Assembly (NCBI GenBank): GCA_036676495.1
Contig: JAKFCT010000066.1
Coordinates: 1-64,000 of the forward strand
Source: Candidatus Sericytochromatia bacterium
GTDB taxonomy: Bacteria > Cyanobacteriota > Sericytochromatia > S15B-MN24 > UBA4093
Length of the DNA stretch: 64,000 nucleotides
Reading direction: 5' to 3'
Under the pieces are notes generated by a model. That model ran no database searches. It was not told where the DNA came from and worked only from the letters and a program-made list of their open reading frames with translations. A program made the translations under genes and the position numbers. Below are positions 27,549 through 36,487 of this stretch, piece by piece (position 1 is the stretch's first letter; every line of letters begins with the position of its first letter).

Positions 27549-28856
27549 ATGGCGATCCTGAGCCGCGCATCCGCCTCGAAGCCCACGCCTCCGGCGCGCT
27601 CCGGCGGCATCGCCACCGAGCGCTCCCCGGAGTTCTCGCTGCCGCTGCGCTACTTCGGGCTCGGGGTCGCCGCCTACCTCCTGGCCATGCTCGGCCTCGT
27701 CGTCGCGGGCCCCGCCCTCACCGGCTCCCCATGGCACCCTCAGGTCCTCGGCTTGACCCATGTCATGACCCTGGGCGCCATCGTCGGGATGATCATGGGG
27801 GCCTCCTACCAGATGGTTCCGGTGGTCCTCCTGGCGCCCATCTGGAGCCAGCGGCTCGGCAAGCTCTCCTTCTGGGTCTTCCTGCCCGGAGTCGTCGCCA
27901 TGGTCGCCGGCTTCTGGCTCTCGCTGCCCGCCTGGCTCGGCATCGGCGCCACCCTGGCCGGCTTCGCCATCGCGGCCTTCCTCGTCAACCTCTTGGTTTC
28001 ACTCGTCAAGGGCGCGCACTGGAACATGGTCGGCGCCTTCCTGGTCACCTCCCTGCTCTGCCTGGGAGCCGCCGTGACGCTGGGAATGATCCGCGCCTTC
28101 GGCTACATGGACCCGGCCGGCGCCTGGCGGATCCCCAATGCCCTGACCGTCCACGCTCACCTGGCCGCGTTCGGCTGCGCCAGCCTCATGATCTTCGGGG
28201 TCTCCTACCGCTTGATCCCGATGTTCGCCGTCTCCAACGAGATCGATCGCCGCGGCTGGGCCGTCTTGGCGCTGGGCGTGGCAGGTATCGCCGGCATCAC
28301 GCTGGGCAGCCTGCTCGAAGGGGGCGGGATCGTCCGGAGCGGGGCACTCTTGGCTGCGGCGAGCGCCTTGCTCTGGGCCTGGGACGCCGCCACGATGTTC
28401 CGCGGGCGCGTCCGAAAGAAACTGGATGCGGGCTTGACCACCGTCTACGCCTCCATCGGCTGGCTCGTGCTCGCGGTGGGCATGGGAGTCACGCTGGCCT
28501 GGGGCTGGATTCCTCCGGGCATCTCGCCGGATCGCTGGGCGATCGCCTATGCCTTGACCGGCCTGGTCGGTTTCATCGGCTTCACCATCATCGGCCAGTT
28601 CCACAAGATCATGCCCTTCCTGGCCTGGTATCACCGCTACTCGTCCCTGGTGGGCAAGACCAAGGTCCCGCTCATCAAGGATATCTACGACGAAAAGCTT
28701 TCCTGGTTCGGCTTCTGGGCCGGCCAGATCGGGCTCGCCCTTGGCGTGGCCTCCATTCTCGCCGGTCTCGGCTTCGGAGTTCGAGTGGCCGGCGTGCTGC
28801 TCGCCCTCGGCGCCTGCGCCACGGCCGGCATGACGATCCAAACCTTGAAACGCTAG
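27549..28856 (+). CDS. 12-TM heme-copper-oxidase-fold membrane protein
   Basis: LTHVMTLG...GASYQMVP, HAHLAAFG...GVSYRLIPMF, LVGF...GQFHKIMPFLAWY. Confidence 0.8.
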   Translation: MAILSRASASKPTPPARSGGIATERSPEFSLPLRYFGLGVAAYLLAMLGLVVAGPALTGSPWHPQVLGLTHVMTLGAIVGMIMGASYQMVPVVLLAPIWSQRLGKLSFWVFLPGVVAMVAGFWLSLPAWLGIGATLAGFAIAAFLVNLLVSLVKGAHWNMVGAFLVTSLLCLGAAVTLGMIRAFGYMDPAGAWRIPNALTVHAHLAAFGCASLMIFGVSYRLIPMFAVSNEIDRRGWAVLALGVAGIAGITLGSLLEGGGIVRSGALLAAASALLWAWDAATMFRGRVRKKLDAGLTTVYASIGWLVLAVGMGVTLAWGWIPPGISPDRWAIAYALTGLVGFIGFTIIGQFHKIMPFLAWYHRYSSLVGKTKVPLIKDIYDEKLSWFGFWAGQIGLALGVASILAGLGFGVRVAGVLLALGACATAGMTIQTLKR

Positions 28857-28869
28857 AGGGAGAGTACCC

Positions 28870-29175
28870 ATGCTTAACGAGAACACCGTTCGCGAGGCGC
28901 TCCGCGCGGTCTACGACCCCGAGCTCGGCCTCGACATCATCACCCTGGGGATGGTCTACGGCGTCGCCGTCTCCGAAGAGGGAGCCGTCGACATCCGCAT
29001 GACCCTGACCACCCCCGGCTGCCCCATGGAGCGGGTCATCATGGACGGCATCCAGCATGCGGTGAGCAAGCTGGACGGCGTGACCAAGATCGGGGTGGAC
29101 CTGGTCTGGGAGCCCCGCTGGAGCCCCGAGAAGATCGATCCCGAAGGCCAGAAGATCCTGGGGCTCGGCCGATGA
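28870..29175 (+). CDS. SufT/PaaD (DUF59) Fe-S cluster assembly factor
   Basis: DPELGLDIITLGMVY, MTLTTPGCP, LVWEPRWS. Confidence 0.93.
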   Translation: MLNENTVREALRAVYDPELGLDIITLGMVYGVAVSEEGAVDIRMTLTTPGCPMERVIMDGIQHAVSKLDGVTKIGVDLVWEPRWSPEKIDPEGQKILGLGR

Positions 29176-29564
29176 GCTTCGAGACGATCTGGTTCATCCG
29201 CGCCGCCCTCCTCTATCTGGGTCTCGGCGTCATCCTCGGCCTCACCATGGCGATCCAGCCCAACTGGATGCTCTACCTCAAGCCGGCGCATGCCCATATC
29301 AACCTGCTCGGCTTCATGGCGATGTTCGTCTACGGGGTGGCTTATCACGTGCTTCCCCGCTTCCGGGGCAAGCAGCTCTACAGCAACAAGCTCGCCCGCT
29401 ACCATCTGATCCTGGCCAACGTCGGCCTGGTCGGCATGGCCGCCGCCTTCGGCCTGCGCTTCACCCTCGGATCCGTCGGCACCATGGCCCTGGCAGCCTT
29501 CGGCACGATCGAGGTCGTCGCGGTGGGCCTGTTCATCCTCAACGCCTGGAAAACCCTCGAATGA
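29172..29564 (+). CDS. 4-TM single-unit heme-copper-oxidase-like protein
   Basis: AHAHINLLGF...GVAYHVLPRF mirrors CcoN helix [11 protein letters not shown]...[10 protein letters not shown] in this window. Confidence 0.8.
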   Translation: MSFETIWFIRAALLYLGLGVILGLTMAIQPNWMLYLKPAHAHINLLGFMAMFVYGVAYHVLPRFRGKQLYSNKLARYHLILANVGLVGMAAAFGLRFTLGSVGTMALAAFGTIEVVAVGLFILNAWKTLE

Positions 29565-29575
29565 AAGGAGCCCCC

Positions 29576-29776
29576 ATGTCGACTCCGTCACTCGCCGACC
29601 TGACCGTCGGCCAGATCATCCAGAAGCTCCCCGGCTCGATTGCCATCCTCAACCTCTACCTGATCGACACCTGCTGTGGAGAGCACCGCAGCCTCGCGCA
29701 GGCGGCGGCTGACGCGAACGCCTCGCTCGAGGAGATTCTCACGGACCTCAACCGACTGGAGGAAGCCCATGCCTGA
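29576..29776 (+). CDS. DUF542 (ScdA/RIC N-terminal) small protein
   Basis: TVGQII...IDTCCGEHRSL motif; AGGAG RBS. Confidence 0.8.
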   Translation: MSTPSLADLTVGQIIQKLPGSIAILNLYLIDTCCGEHRSLAQAAADANASLEEILTDLNRLEEAHA

Positions 29777-30089
29777 GCTGTCGAGCACCTTCTCCGTCGC
29801 CGCGAAGGCGCGCTTCTTGCCGTCGCGCCCCGTGACCCAGCTGTTGCATGATTCGCCCAACGCCCGCCTGGTCATCTTCGGCCTGGAGGCCGGCCAGGAG
29901 ATCGACGCGCACGTGAGCCCGTCCGAGGTCTACATGCACGTCATCGAGGGCCAGGGAGACGTCCTGGTCGGCGAGACCCGCCATCCGGCGTCTGCCGGCG
30001 ACCTCTTCATCTGCGCTCCGAACGTCTCGCACGGGTTCCGGGCCGAGACCCGCATGATCGTCCTGGCGACCATCACGCCGCGCCCCTGA
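29769..30089 (+). CDS. Cupin-domain protein
   Basis: GQEIDAH...HVIEG...PNVSHG. Confidence 0.85.
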   Translation: MPELSSTFSVAAKARFLPSRPVTQLLHDSPNARLVIFGLEAGQEIDAHVSPSEVYMHVIEGQGDVLVGETRHPASAGDLFICAPNVSHGFRAETRMIVLATITPRP

Positions 30090-30100
30090 GCCTGAACGTA

Positions 30101-30142
30101 CGCCGCGCCCCCCGGAACCTCGCGGTTCCGGGGGGCGCGGCG
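30101..30142. terminator. 19-bp inverted repeat between convergent genes
   Basis: CGCCGCGCCCCCCGGAACC-TCGC-GGTTCCGGGGGGCGCGGCG. Confidence 0.8.
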
Positions 30143-30154
30143 CGTCATGGCGCG

Positions 30155-31147
30155 CTAGAACGCCACCTGGGTGTGGAGGGCGATGGTGTTCTTGGTGGTC
30201 GTCGCGCCGGCGATGGTGTCCTGGGAGACCTGGTCGTCGAGCACCACCGTGATGCCGGGGGCGGGCTTGAGGCTGAAGCCGACCAGGCCCTGCAGGGTTT
30301 CGGGGCTGCCGGCGACGGGATCCTGGCTGACGTTGCGGTCGATGCGGTCCACGCGGGCGATCAGCTCGGGGGAGGGCAGCACGGGGATGGGCAGGCCCAG
30401 GACCGTGTAGGCGCTCAGGATCTGACCGGTGACGGCGGGGCCCACGAGGCCCTGGTTCACCATCTGGGTGGCCTCGGCAGCGGCCCGGAAGGAGCCGTTG
30501 CGGTAGCCGATGAAGCCGGCGTAGCGATCGGCCTGATTCAGCGCCGGGTTGTCCGCGCGATGGCCGAAGGCTCCCAGCGTGAGGCCGGTGAGGGGAGTGA
30601 CGGTGAGGCCGGCGGTGTAAGCCTTGCCGCCGTTGTTCTCGGCCGCGCGGAAGCCGGTGCCGTTGTCCATTTGGGCGAAGTACCCGACCGGGCCCACCTG
30701 GCCGAAGGCCTTGACGCCGAGGTCGAACGGCTGGATGTAGCCCTGCTGGAAGACCGGGAAGTAGTGGAAGCCGAGCATCCGGTAGCCGAAGAAGCCCATC
30801 TCGAATTCGAACCAGGGATTGGTCAGCATGCCCATCTGGACGTTGACGTTGGGGACGAGGTTGGTGGCCTGGATGAAGGCGTTGTGGAGCAGCGCGTCGT
30901 AGGGCTCGCCGTTCGAGGTGTAGGCGTTGTAGGTGATGCTGCCCGACCACATGTCGCTGAACTTGGCCTTGCCCGTGAAGAAGGCGCGGGTCACGTTGAC
31001 GCTCGAGGCGCGACCGTCGGTGGGAACGCTGACGTCCGTGTAGAGCAACCCGGAGACCGCGGTCTGGGTCTGGGCCATGGCGGGGCCGGCCGCCATCAGC
31101 ATGGGGAAAATCGCCATCGAGGCGAGCATCGCGTTCAGCTTCGTCAT
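30155..31147 (-). CDS. Outer-membrane porin-like beta-barrel
   Basis: Signal peptide (AMA), amphipathic strands, C-terminal Phe; TTGTTT-TATAAT sigma70-like promoter at 31270-31243. Confidence 0.75.
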   Translation of the reverse strand: MTKLNAMLASMAIFPMLMAAGPAMAQTQTAVSGLLYTDVSVPTDGRASSVNVTRAFFTGKAKFSDMWSGSITYNAYTSNGEPYDALLHNAFIQATNLVPNVNVQMGMLTNPWFEFEMGFFGYRMLGFHYFPVFQQGYIQPFDLGVKAFGQVGPVGYFAQMDNGTGFRAAENNGGKAYTAGLTVTPLTGLTLGAFGHRADNPALNQADRYAGFIGYRNGSFRAAAEATQMVNQGLVGPAVTGQILSAYTVLGLPIPVLPSPELIARVDRIDRNVSQDPVAGSPETLQGLVGFSLKPAPGITVVLDDQVSQDTIAGATTTKNTIALHTQVAF

Positions 31148-31382
31148 ACGTTCTCCTGATGTGAGTAGATGGGTGGTGCGAGCGCCAGGCGTGCCGCGAA
31201 GCTAGACCTGCCGATACGGGCACGTCGGAAGCTCAATTGCGGATTATAGGCGGACTTGGTTAATAAACAATCGGTGTGGAGTACGGAGTTAGCGCCTGAG
31301 GCTGTTTCGAAAGGCAGCTTCGCGGCCTTTCGAAACGCCTGCGGCAAGGGCTGGGAAAGCGAAGCGGACCTGTAGAAACGAC

Positions 31383-32486
31383 CTAGCGGACGGCGTTACT
31401 CACCTGAGCGACCGGAGCCAGGGGGAGCATCACCCAGAAGGTGGAGCCATGGCCCAAGACGCTCGTCACTCCGATTTTTCCGCCGTGCTCTTCGATGGCG
31501 AACTTGCAGAAGGCCAGGCCCAGGCCGAACCCGTGCTCGGGACGCTCCTTGCGGCGGCGGATGTGGAAGTACTTGTCGAAGATGCGATCCAGCTCGTCGG
31601 CGGGGATGCCGGGGCCGGTGTCGACGACCTCGAAGCGGACCATGTGGTCTTGCAGGCAGGCGCGCAGGACGACCTGGCCCTCATGGGTGAACTTCAAGGC
31701 GTTGCTGACGAGGTTGCCGAGCACGCGCTTGAGGATGCGGCGATCGCCCATCAGCATCGGCACGCCCTCGGTCATGTCCGTGACGAGCGCTAGACCCTTG
31801 TCCTGGGCCACCAGGGTCGACTCGGCGACGACCTCCGCCACCAGCTCCTGGGGACGCAGCGGCTCCGCCGCCACCGCCATGCCGGATTCGACCCGGTGGA
31901 ACTCGACCAGCTCCTCGACCATCTTGGACAGCCCCTGGATCTGGTCGCGCGCCATGCTGACCAGTTGCTTGGAGTCGGTCACCGAGAGGTTCTGGGTCAG
32001 GATCACGTTGAGGGCGATGCCGATTCCCTCCAGCGGGCTGCGCAGGTCGTGCACCAGCATGGAGGCCAGGTCCTTGCGAAGCTGCTGCAGCTCGCGCTCG
32101 GCCTTGCGCGTTCGGACCACCGAGCGGATCCGGACCAGCAGCTCCTCGGTGTTGATGGGCTTGGTGAGGTATTCGTCGGCGCCCAGGTCCAGGCCGCGCT
32201 CGACGCTATTGGGCTGCAGGTAGGTGGCGGTCAGGATGATCACCGGGATGCCGCGGGTCCGGCTATCCGCCTTGAGGGCCTCGAGCATCGTGAAGCCGTC
32301 CATGATGGGCATCTCGAGGTCCAGGAGGATCAGGTCCGGGCGATCGGCCTGCGCGATCGCGAGCCCTTTGAGCCCGTCGGTCGCCGTCAGGCAGCTGAGC
32401 CCCCGGGCCTCCAGGACCATCTTGAGAAGAATCAGGTTGTCGTCGTGGTCATCGACCACCAGCACGCGCAGATCAGGCTTGGACAC
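31383..32486 (-). CDS. Hybrid REC-histidine kinase
   Basis: VDD...LLDLEMP receiver; HDLRSPL, NLVSNALKF, DTGPGI, GLGL. Confidence 0.92.
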   Translation of the reverse strand: MSKPDLRVLVVDDHDDNLILLKMVLEARGLSCLTATDGLKGLAIAQADRPDLILLDLEMPIMDGFTMLEALKADSRTRGIPVIILTATYLQPNSVERGLDLGADEYLTKPINTEELLVRIRSVVRTRKAERELQQLRKDLASMLVHDLRSPLEGIGIALNVILTQNLSVTDSKQLVSMARDQIQGLSKMVEELVEFHRVESGMAVAAEPLRPQELVAEVVAESTLVAQDKGLALVTDMTEGVPMLMGDRRILKRVLGNLVSNALKFTHEGQVVLRACLQDHMVRFEVVDTGPGIPADELDRIFDKYFHIRRRKERPEHGFGLGLAFCKFAIEEHGGKIGVTSVLGHGSTFWVMLPLAPVAQVSNAVR

Positions 32487-32844
32487 GGCTCACGACCTCC
32501 GCGATCTGGGCCAGGAAGGTGCCGACCTCGATGGGCTTGGTGATGTAGCCGTCGAAGCCGGCGGCCAGCGCCCGGTCCGAATCCCCGGCCATGGCATGCG
32601 CGGTCAGCGCGATGATCGGCACCGCGCGGGTGGCCTTGATCATGCGGGTCGCGCCCCAGCCGTCGATGTCTCCCGGCAAGGAGAGATCCATCAGGATCAG
32701 CGCGAAGTCCTCGGCCTGGGCCTTGGCGATCGCCTCTTCCCCCGTGATGGCCTCGGTGACTTCCCAGCCCCCGAAGCGCAGCAGATCCCCGGCCAGCTTG
32801 CGGTTATCCTCGACGTCCTCGACCAGCAAGACCCGGGTCATCAC
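32473..32844 (-). CDS. Single-domain response regulator (DivK-like)
   Basis: VED, LMDLSLP, LTAHAM, KP. Confidence 0.92.
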   Translation of the reverse strand: MMTRVLLVEDVEDNRKLAGDLLRFGGWEVTEAITGEEAIAKAQAEDFALILMDLSLPGDIDGWGATRMIKATRAVPIIALTAHAMAGDSDRALAAGFDGYITKPIEVGTFLAQIAEVVSRVQA

Positions 32845-34247
32845 ATCGCCTCCACGGGTTTCGACTCGAGCGGCAGCTTGACCGTGAAGACCGAGCCTTC
32901 GCCCGGTTTGCTCTGGACGGTCAGCTCACCTCCCAGAAGGTTCGCCATGCGCAGGCAAATCGGCAGGCCGAGTCCCGTGCCTCCCACCTTGCGGGTGGTC
33001 GAGGAGTCCACCTGGTAGAACTCGTCGAAGACCCGGTTCAGGTCCTCGGGGGCGATCCCGATGCCGGTATCGCTGACGGTGACGATCCAGTGCTCCTCCG
33101 TCTGGCGCGAGACCAGGCGCACCTCGCCGCTGTCGGTGAAGTTGATGGCGTTGGTGAGGAGGTTCAAGACGATCTGGCGAACCTTGGTCGGATCGCTCTT
33201 GACCAGGGTCGGGCTGTCGGTCAGCTCGTGGACCAGGGTATGGCCGCGCTTGCGGGCGAGCGGCTCGACGGCGGAGAGGACCTGCATGAGGATCTCGCGC
33301 GGGACGCAGGCCTCGACCCGCACGGGCATCCGCGACGCCTCGATCTTGGAGATGTCCAGCACGTCGTTGATGAGCGCCAGGAGGTGCTTGCCGTTGCGCA
33401 GGACCCGCTCCAGGCCGTCCTGCTGCTGCTCGTTGAGCGGTCCGTAGAACTGGTTGAGCAGCATGTCCGAAAAGCCGATGATGGAGTTGAGCGGCGTGCG
33501 CAACTCGTGGCTCATCTTGGCCAGGAACTCGCTCTTGAGGCGGTTGGCGTTTTGCAGTTCCACGTTCTTGCGGGCCAATTCCGCCGTGCGCGCCTCCACC
33601 TGGGCCTCCAGGGTCGACTTGGCTTCTTTCAGCTGCTGGTAGAGCCGCGCGTTCTCGACGGCGATGCCGCCCTGGCGCGCCAGCGACAGGAAGATCTGCT
33701 CGTCTTCGTCCGAGAACTCCGAGCCGTCCTGCTTGTCGCTGGCCATCAGGAGGCCGATGGAGCGGCCGTTGCGATCCAGCAAGGGGACGCCCATGAGCTT
33801 CTGGATGGGGATGTGGTTGGCGGGAGTTCCGACGCGCCGCGGGTACGTCTCGATGTCGGCGAGGCGAACCGGCACGCCTCCGAAGAAGATATCCGAGATC
33901 AGCCCGCGACCCAGCGGGATCATGAAGTGGCCATCGCCGGGGTCCCGGCGGTCGGCTTGATCGTGATACGAGAAAGCGGCGGCTTCGAGGCTGGTGAGCG
34001 CGTCGTTGACGTGGTAGATGATGGCCGCGTTGGCGTTCACCAGGGTCCGGGCCGCATCCACGATCACCTGGAAGATCTTGTCGAGGTCCGATTCCGCGGT
34101 GATCGCCAGGGCGATCGCGTTCAGGGCTTCGGTGAGGAGCTGGTATCGCTTTTCCGGGCTGGCCGGCATCTCGGTCTGGTACTCGCGCATAAGCGCCATT
34201 ATATCCTCGTACCAGCCCCGTTGCGTGATTTGATTCAACCCGAACAC
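32841..34247 (-). CDS. Cytoplasmic GAF-domain histidine kinase
   Basis: GAF (LMGVPL, FSDEDE, AVENARLY), SHELRTPL, DTGIGI, GGTGLGL; start uncertain. Confidence 0.9.
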   Translation of the reverse strand: MFGLNQITQRGWYEDIMALMREYQTEMPASPEKRYQLLTEALNAIALAITAESDLDKIFQVIVDAARTLVNANAAIIYHVNDALTSLEAAAFSYHDQADRRDPGDGHFMIPLGRGLISDIFFGGVPVRLADIETYPRRVGTPANHIPIQKLMGVPLLDRNGRSIGLLMASDKQDGSEFSDEDEQIFLSLARQGGIAVENARLYQQLKEAKSTLEAQVEARTAELARKNVELQNANRLKSEFLAKMSHELRTPLNSIIGFSDMLLNQFYGPLNEQQQDGLERVLRNGKHLLALINDVLDISKIEASRMPVRVEACVPREILMQVLSAVEPLARKRGHTLVHELTDSPTLVKSDPTKVRQIVLNLLTNAINFTDSGEVRLVSRQTEEHWIVTVSDTGIGIAPEDLNRVFDEFYQVDSSTTRKVGGTGLGLPICLRMANLLGGELTVQSKPGEGSVFTVKLPLESKPVEAM

Positions 34248-34323
34248 CCCAACGTTTTCTTAAGTTCTTATACGGGCCCCATCCAAGCCTACCGGGGGAA
34301 GTTACGGATGCCTAACGTAGTTT

Positions 34324-35148
34324 CTACGGAAACCCCGCGCTCTGGGCCCATGTCCAGTCGAGGACGGCCCGCTGGATCCGGGGATCCAGCATGACGTCCA
34401 GGTGTCCGACTCCGGGCACGGCTTCGAGGGCGATCGCGGCGCCTTGAGCCTGCGCGTCGGCCACCCAGCGGCGCGTTTCGGCGAGCCGCGCCACCGCATC
34501 GCGGGTCCCTTGCACCATGAGGACCGGGATCTCCCGCGGCAGCGCCTCCCAGGGGCGGTTGAGGACGGCTTCGACGGCGTCGAGGTAGACGGGGCGATCG
34601 CAGCGCACCGGGAACTCCGTGCGCCGGAAGTTGCCGAAAGCGGGAAAGACTTCCTTCCAGCTCGCCACGTGGGGGCGGTAGCTGCGCATCGCGCGCGACG
34701 CCAGGGAGGGGAGCTCGCCCAGCGGGGTCAGAACGTCCCGATGAAGGTGCGTGGGCATGCCGATCGTGACGACGCCGCGGGGGCGCAGCAAGCGCGCGGC
34801 CGTCGCGCGAAGCGCGAGCGATCCGCCCAGGCTGTTGCCGAGAAGGAACCAAGGGAGGTCGGGCTTCGTCATGAGGGCAAGGGCTTGCTCGACCGCTTCG
34901 GCGAAGTCCGCGATGGCCGACTCGACCTCGAAGACGGAGGTGTTCCCGAGCCCGTGGCCCGGCAAATCGAGGGAGAGGATGTGAAAGCCGCGGGAAACGG
35001 CCGCGCTGAAGAAAGGAGCGAACGAGTAGAGATGATCGTTCCCCGCCCCGTGGGCGACGACCAGGGTGGCCCGGGGAGCGTCGGATGTCAGCAGGAGGGC
35101 CGCGCCAGAGCCCGTCCGAAGGCGGAGAGAGAGCTTCACGAAGGTCAT
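34324..35148 (-). CDS. Alpha/beta hydrolase
   Basis: HGAG, DLPGHG, GNSLGG nucleophile, GTRD, GH. Confidence 0.85.
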   Translation of the reverse strand: MTFVKLSLRLRTGSGAALLLTSDAPRATLVVAHGAGNDHLYSFAPFFSAAVSRGFHILSLDLPGHGLGNTSVFEVESAIADFAEAVEQALALMTKPDLPWFLLGNSLGGSLALRATAARLLRPRGVVTIGMPTHLHRDVLTPLGELPSLASRAMRSYRPHVASWKEVFPAFGNFRRTEFPVRCDRPVYLDAVEAVLNRPWEALPREIPVLMVQGTRDAVARLAETRRWVADAQAQGAAIALEAVPGVGHLDVMLDPRIQRAVLDWTWAQSAGFP

Positions 35149-35176
35149 GCTAGGACGAGGGAAGTCATGCGGCTAC

Positions 35177-35220
35177 CGTAGTTTACCCGGATGCCCCTCG
35201 GACGAGTCAGCGGCTAGATT
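35177..35220 (+). promoter_or_regulatory. Motif B and -10 for cytochrome c gene
   Basis: CGTAGTTTACCCGGAT 35177-35192; TAGATT 35215-35220. Confidence 0.72.
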
Positions 35221-35278
35221 GACGACAGACAGATCGGTTCCCCAAGCACATGAGCGATCAAAACAAAAGGAGTTAGCG

Positions 35279-35614
35279 ATGATTAGAAGCATGTTGGCCC
35301 TCGCGCTGGGCGCCGCCGTCCTCGGCGCGTTCGTGGCCCCCGCCTCGGCGAATCCCGGCAAGGAGCTCGTGACCTGCGTCGGCTGCCATGACATCACCGC
35401 GGCCAAAAAGCAGCTGGTCGGCCCCCCGCTCTTCGGACTTTTCGGCGAGAAGCCGGTCACCGCGGGCGTCAGCTTCGCCAAGTGGGACAAGGCCAGCCTC
35501 GACAAGTGGCTCAAGGACCCCAGCGCCGTGAAGCCCGGCACCTCCATGGCCTTCGCGGTCAAGAACGACAAGAAGCGCGAGAAGATCATCAAGGCGATCT
35601 CCGAACTCAAGTAA
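35279..35614 (+). CDS. Periplasmic class I cytochrome c (c2/c550-like)
   Basis: Signal peptide, CVGCH, GPPL, PGTSM axial Met; followed by terminator at about 35629-35664. Confidence 0.9.
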   Translation: MIRSMLALALGAAVLGAFVAPASANPGKELVTCVGCHDITAAKKQLVGPPLFGLFGEKPVTAGVSFAKWDKASLDKWLKDPSAVKPGTSMAFAVKNDKKREKIIKAISELK

Positions 35615-35690
35615 ATCTCCCCCTCGACAAGAGCATGTGGACGCAAGTTCCGCATGCTCTTTTTCTATGAGCGCTAAGAGTCCGGTCAAA

Positions 35691-35732
35691 CTAAGCTGCC
35701 TCATAGAGTCCCCGCGAATGCTCGGCTAGACT
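35691..35732 (+). promoter_or_regulatory. Motif A and -10 for norCBQD
   Basis: CTAAG-CTGC-CTCAT 35691-35704; TAGACT 35727-35732. Confidence 0.7.
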
Positions 35733-35778
35733 CCGTATCTATCCTCGAATGCGCCCCTCCCAAGCAAGGAGCAAGTTG

Positions 35779-36477
35779 ATGCTTTCTAAATCCCAAGCGC
35801 GCGCGTTCTTTGTCGGCGGTACCTTTCTCTTTTCGGCCATCTTCCTCTGGCTGACCGTCGACACCTTGCGCCAAGTCCCCAAGCAAACCAAGGTCGAGAA
35901 CATGACCGCCTCCGTCGTTCGCGGCAAGCACTTGTTCGACAAGAACAACTGCATGGGCTGTCACACCATCATGGGCGAAGGAGCCTACTACGCTCCCGAG
36001 CTCACCAAGGTCTACGATCGCCGCGGCCCCGAGTGGATCAAGCTCTTCCTCAAGGATCCTCAGGCCATGTATCCCGGCGAGCGGAAGATGACCCAGTACA
36101 ACTTCAAGGACGAGGAGATGGACGACCTGGTCGCCTTCTTCAAGTGGATCGGCGAGATGGACCTCAACGGCTTCCCCGCCAAGCCCGACCTCGCTCCTGC
36201 AGCCGCCGCCCCGGTCGCGGCCGCCGCTGCCGGCACTCCGGCTGCCCCCAAGCCCGCCATGCTCTCGGGCGTCTGCATGGGCTGCCACTCGATCGGCGGT
36301 CAGGGCGGCACCGTCGGCCCCGCGTTCGACGGAGTGGGCTCGCGCATGACCGAGGCCGAGATCGCCGCCTTCATCGCCGATCCCCAGAAGGTCCGGCCTG
36401 GCACCACCATGCCCAACCTCGGGCTCAGTGAACCCGTGAAGAACGAGCTGGCCAGCTACCTGGCTGGTCTGCGCTAG
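35779..36477 (+). CDS. norC: cNOR cytochrome c subunit with extra C-terminal heme c domain
   Basis: MLSKSQAR TM anchor, CMGCHTIMGEGAYYAPELT; Ala/Pro linker; second CMGCH...MP. Confidence 0.93.
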   Translation: MLSKSQARAFFVGGTFLFSAIFLWLTVDTLRQVPKQTKVENMTASVVRGKHLFDKNNCMGCHTIMGEGAYYAPELTKVYDRRGPEWIKLFLKDPQAMYPGERKMTQYNFKDEEMDDLVAFFKWIGEMDLNGFPAKPDLAPAAAAPVAAAAAGTPAAPKPAMLSGVCMGCHSIGGQGGTVGPAFDGVGSRMTEAEIAAFIADPQKVRPGTTMPNLGLSEPVKNELASYLAGLR

Positions 36478-36487
36478 GAGAGACCCC

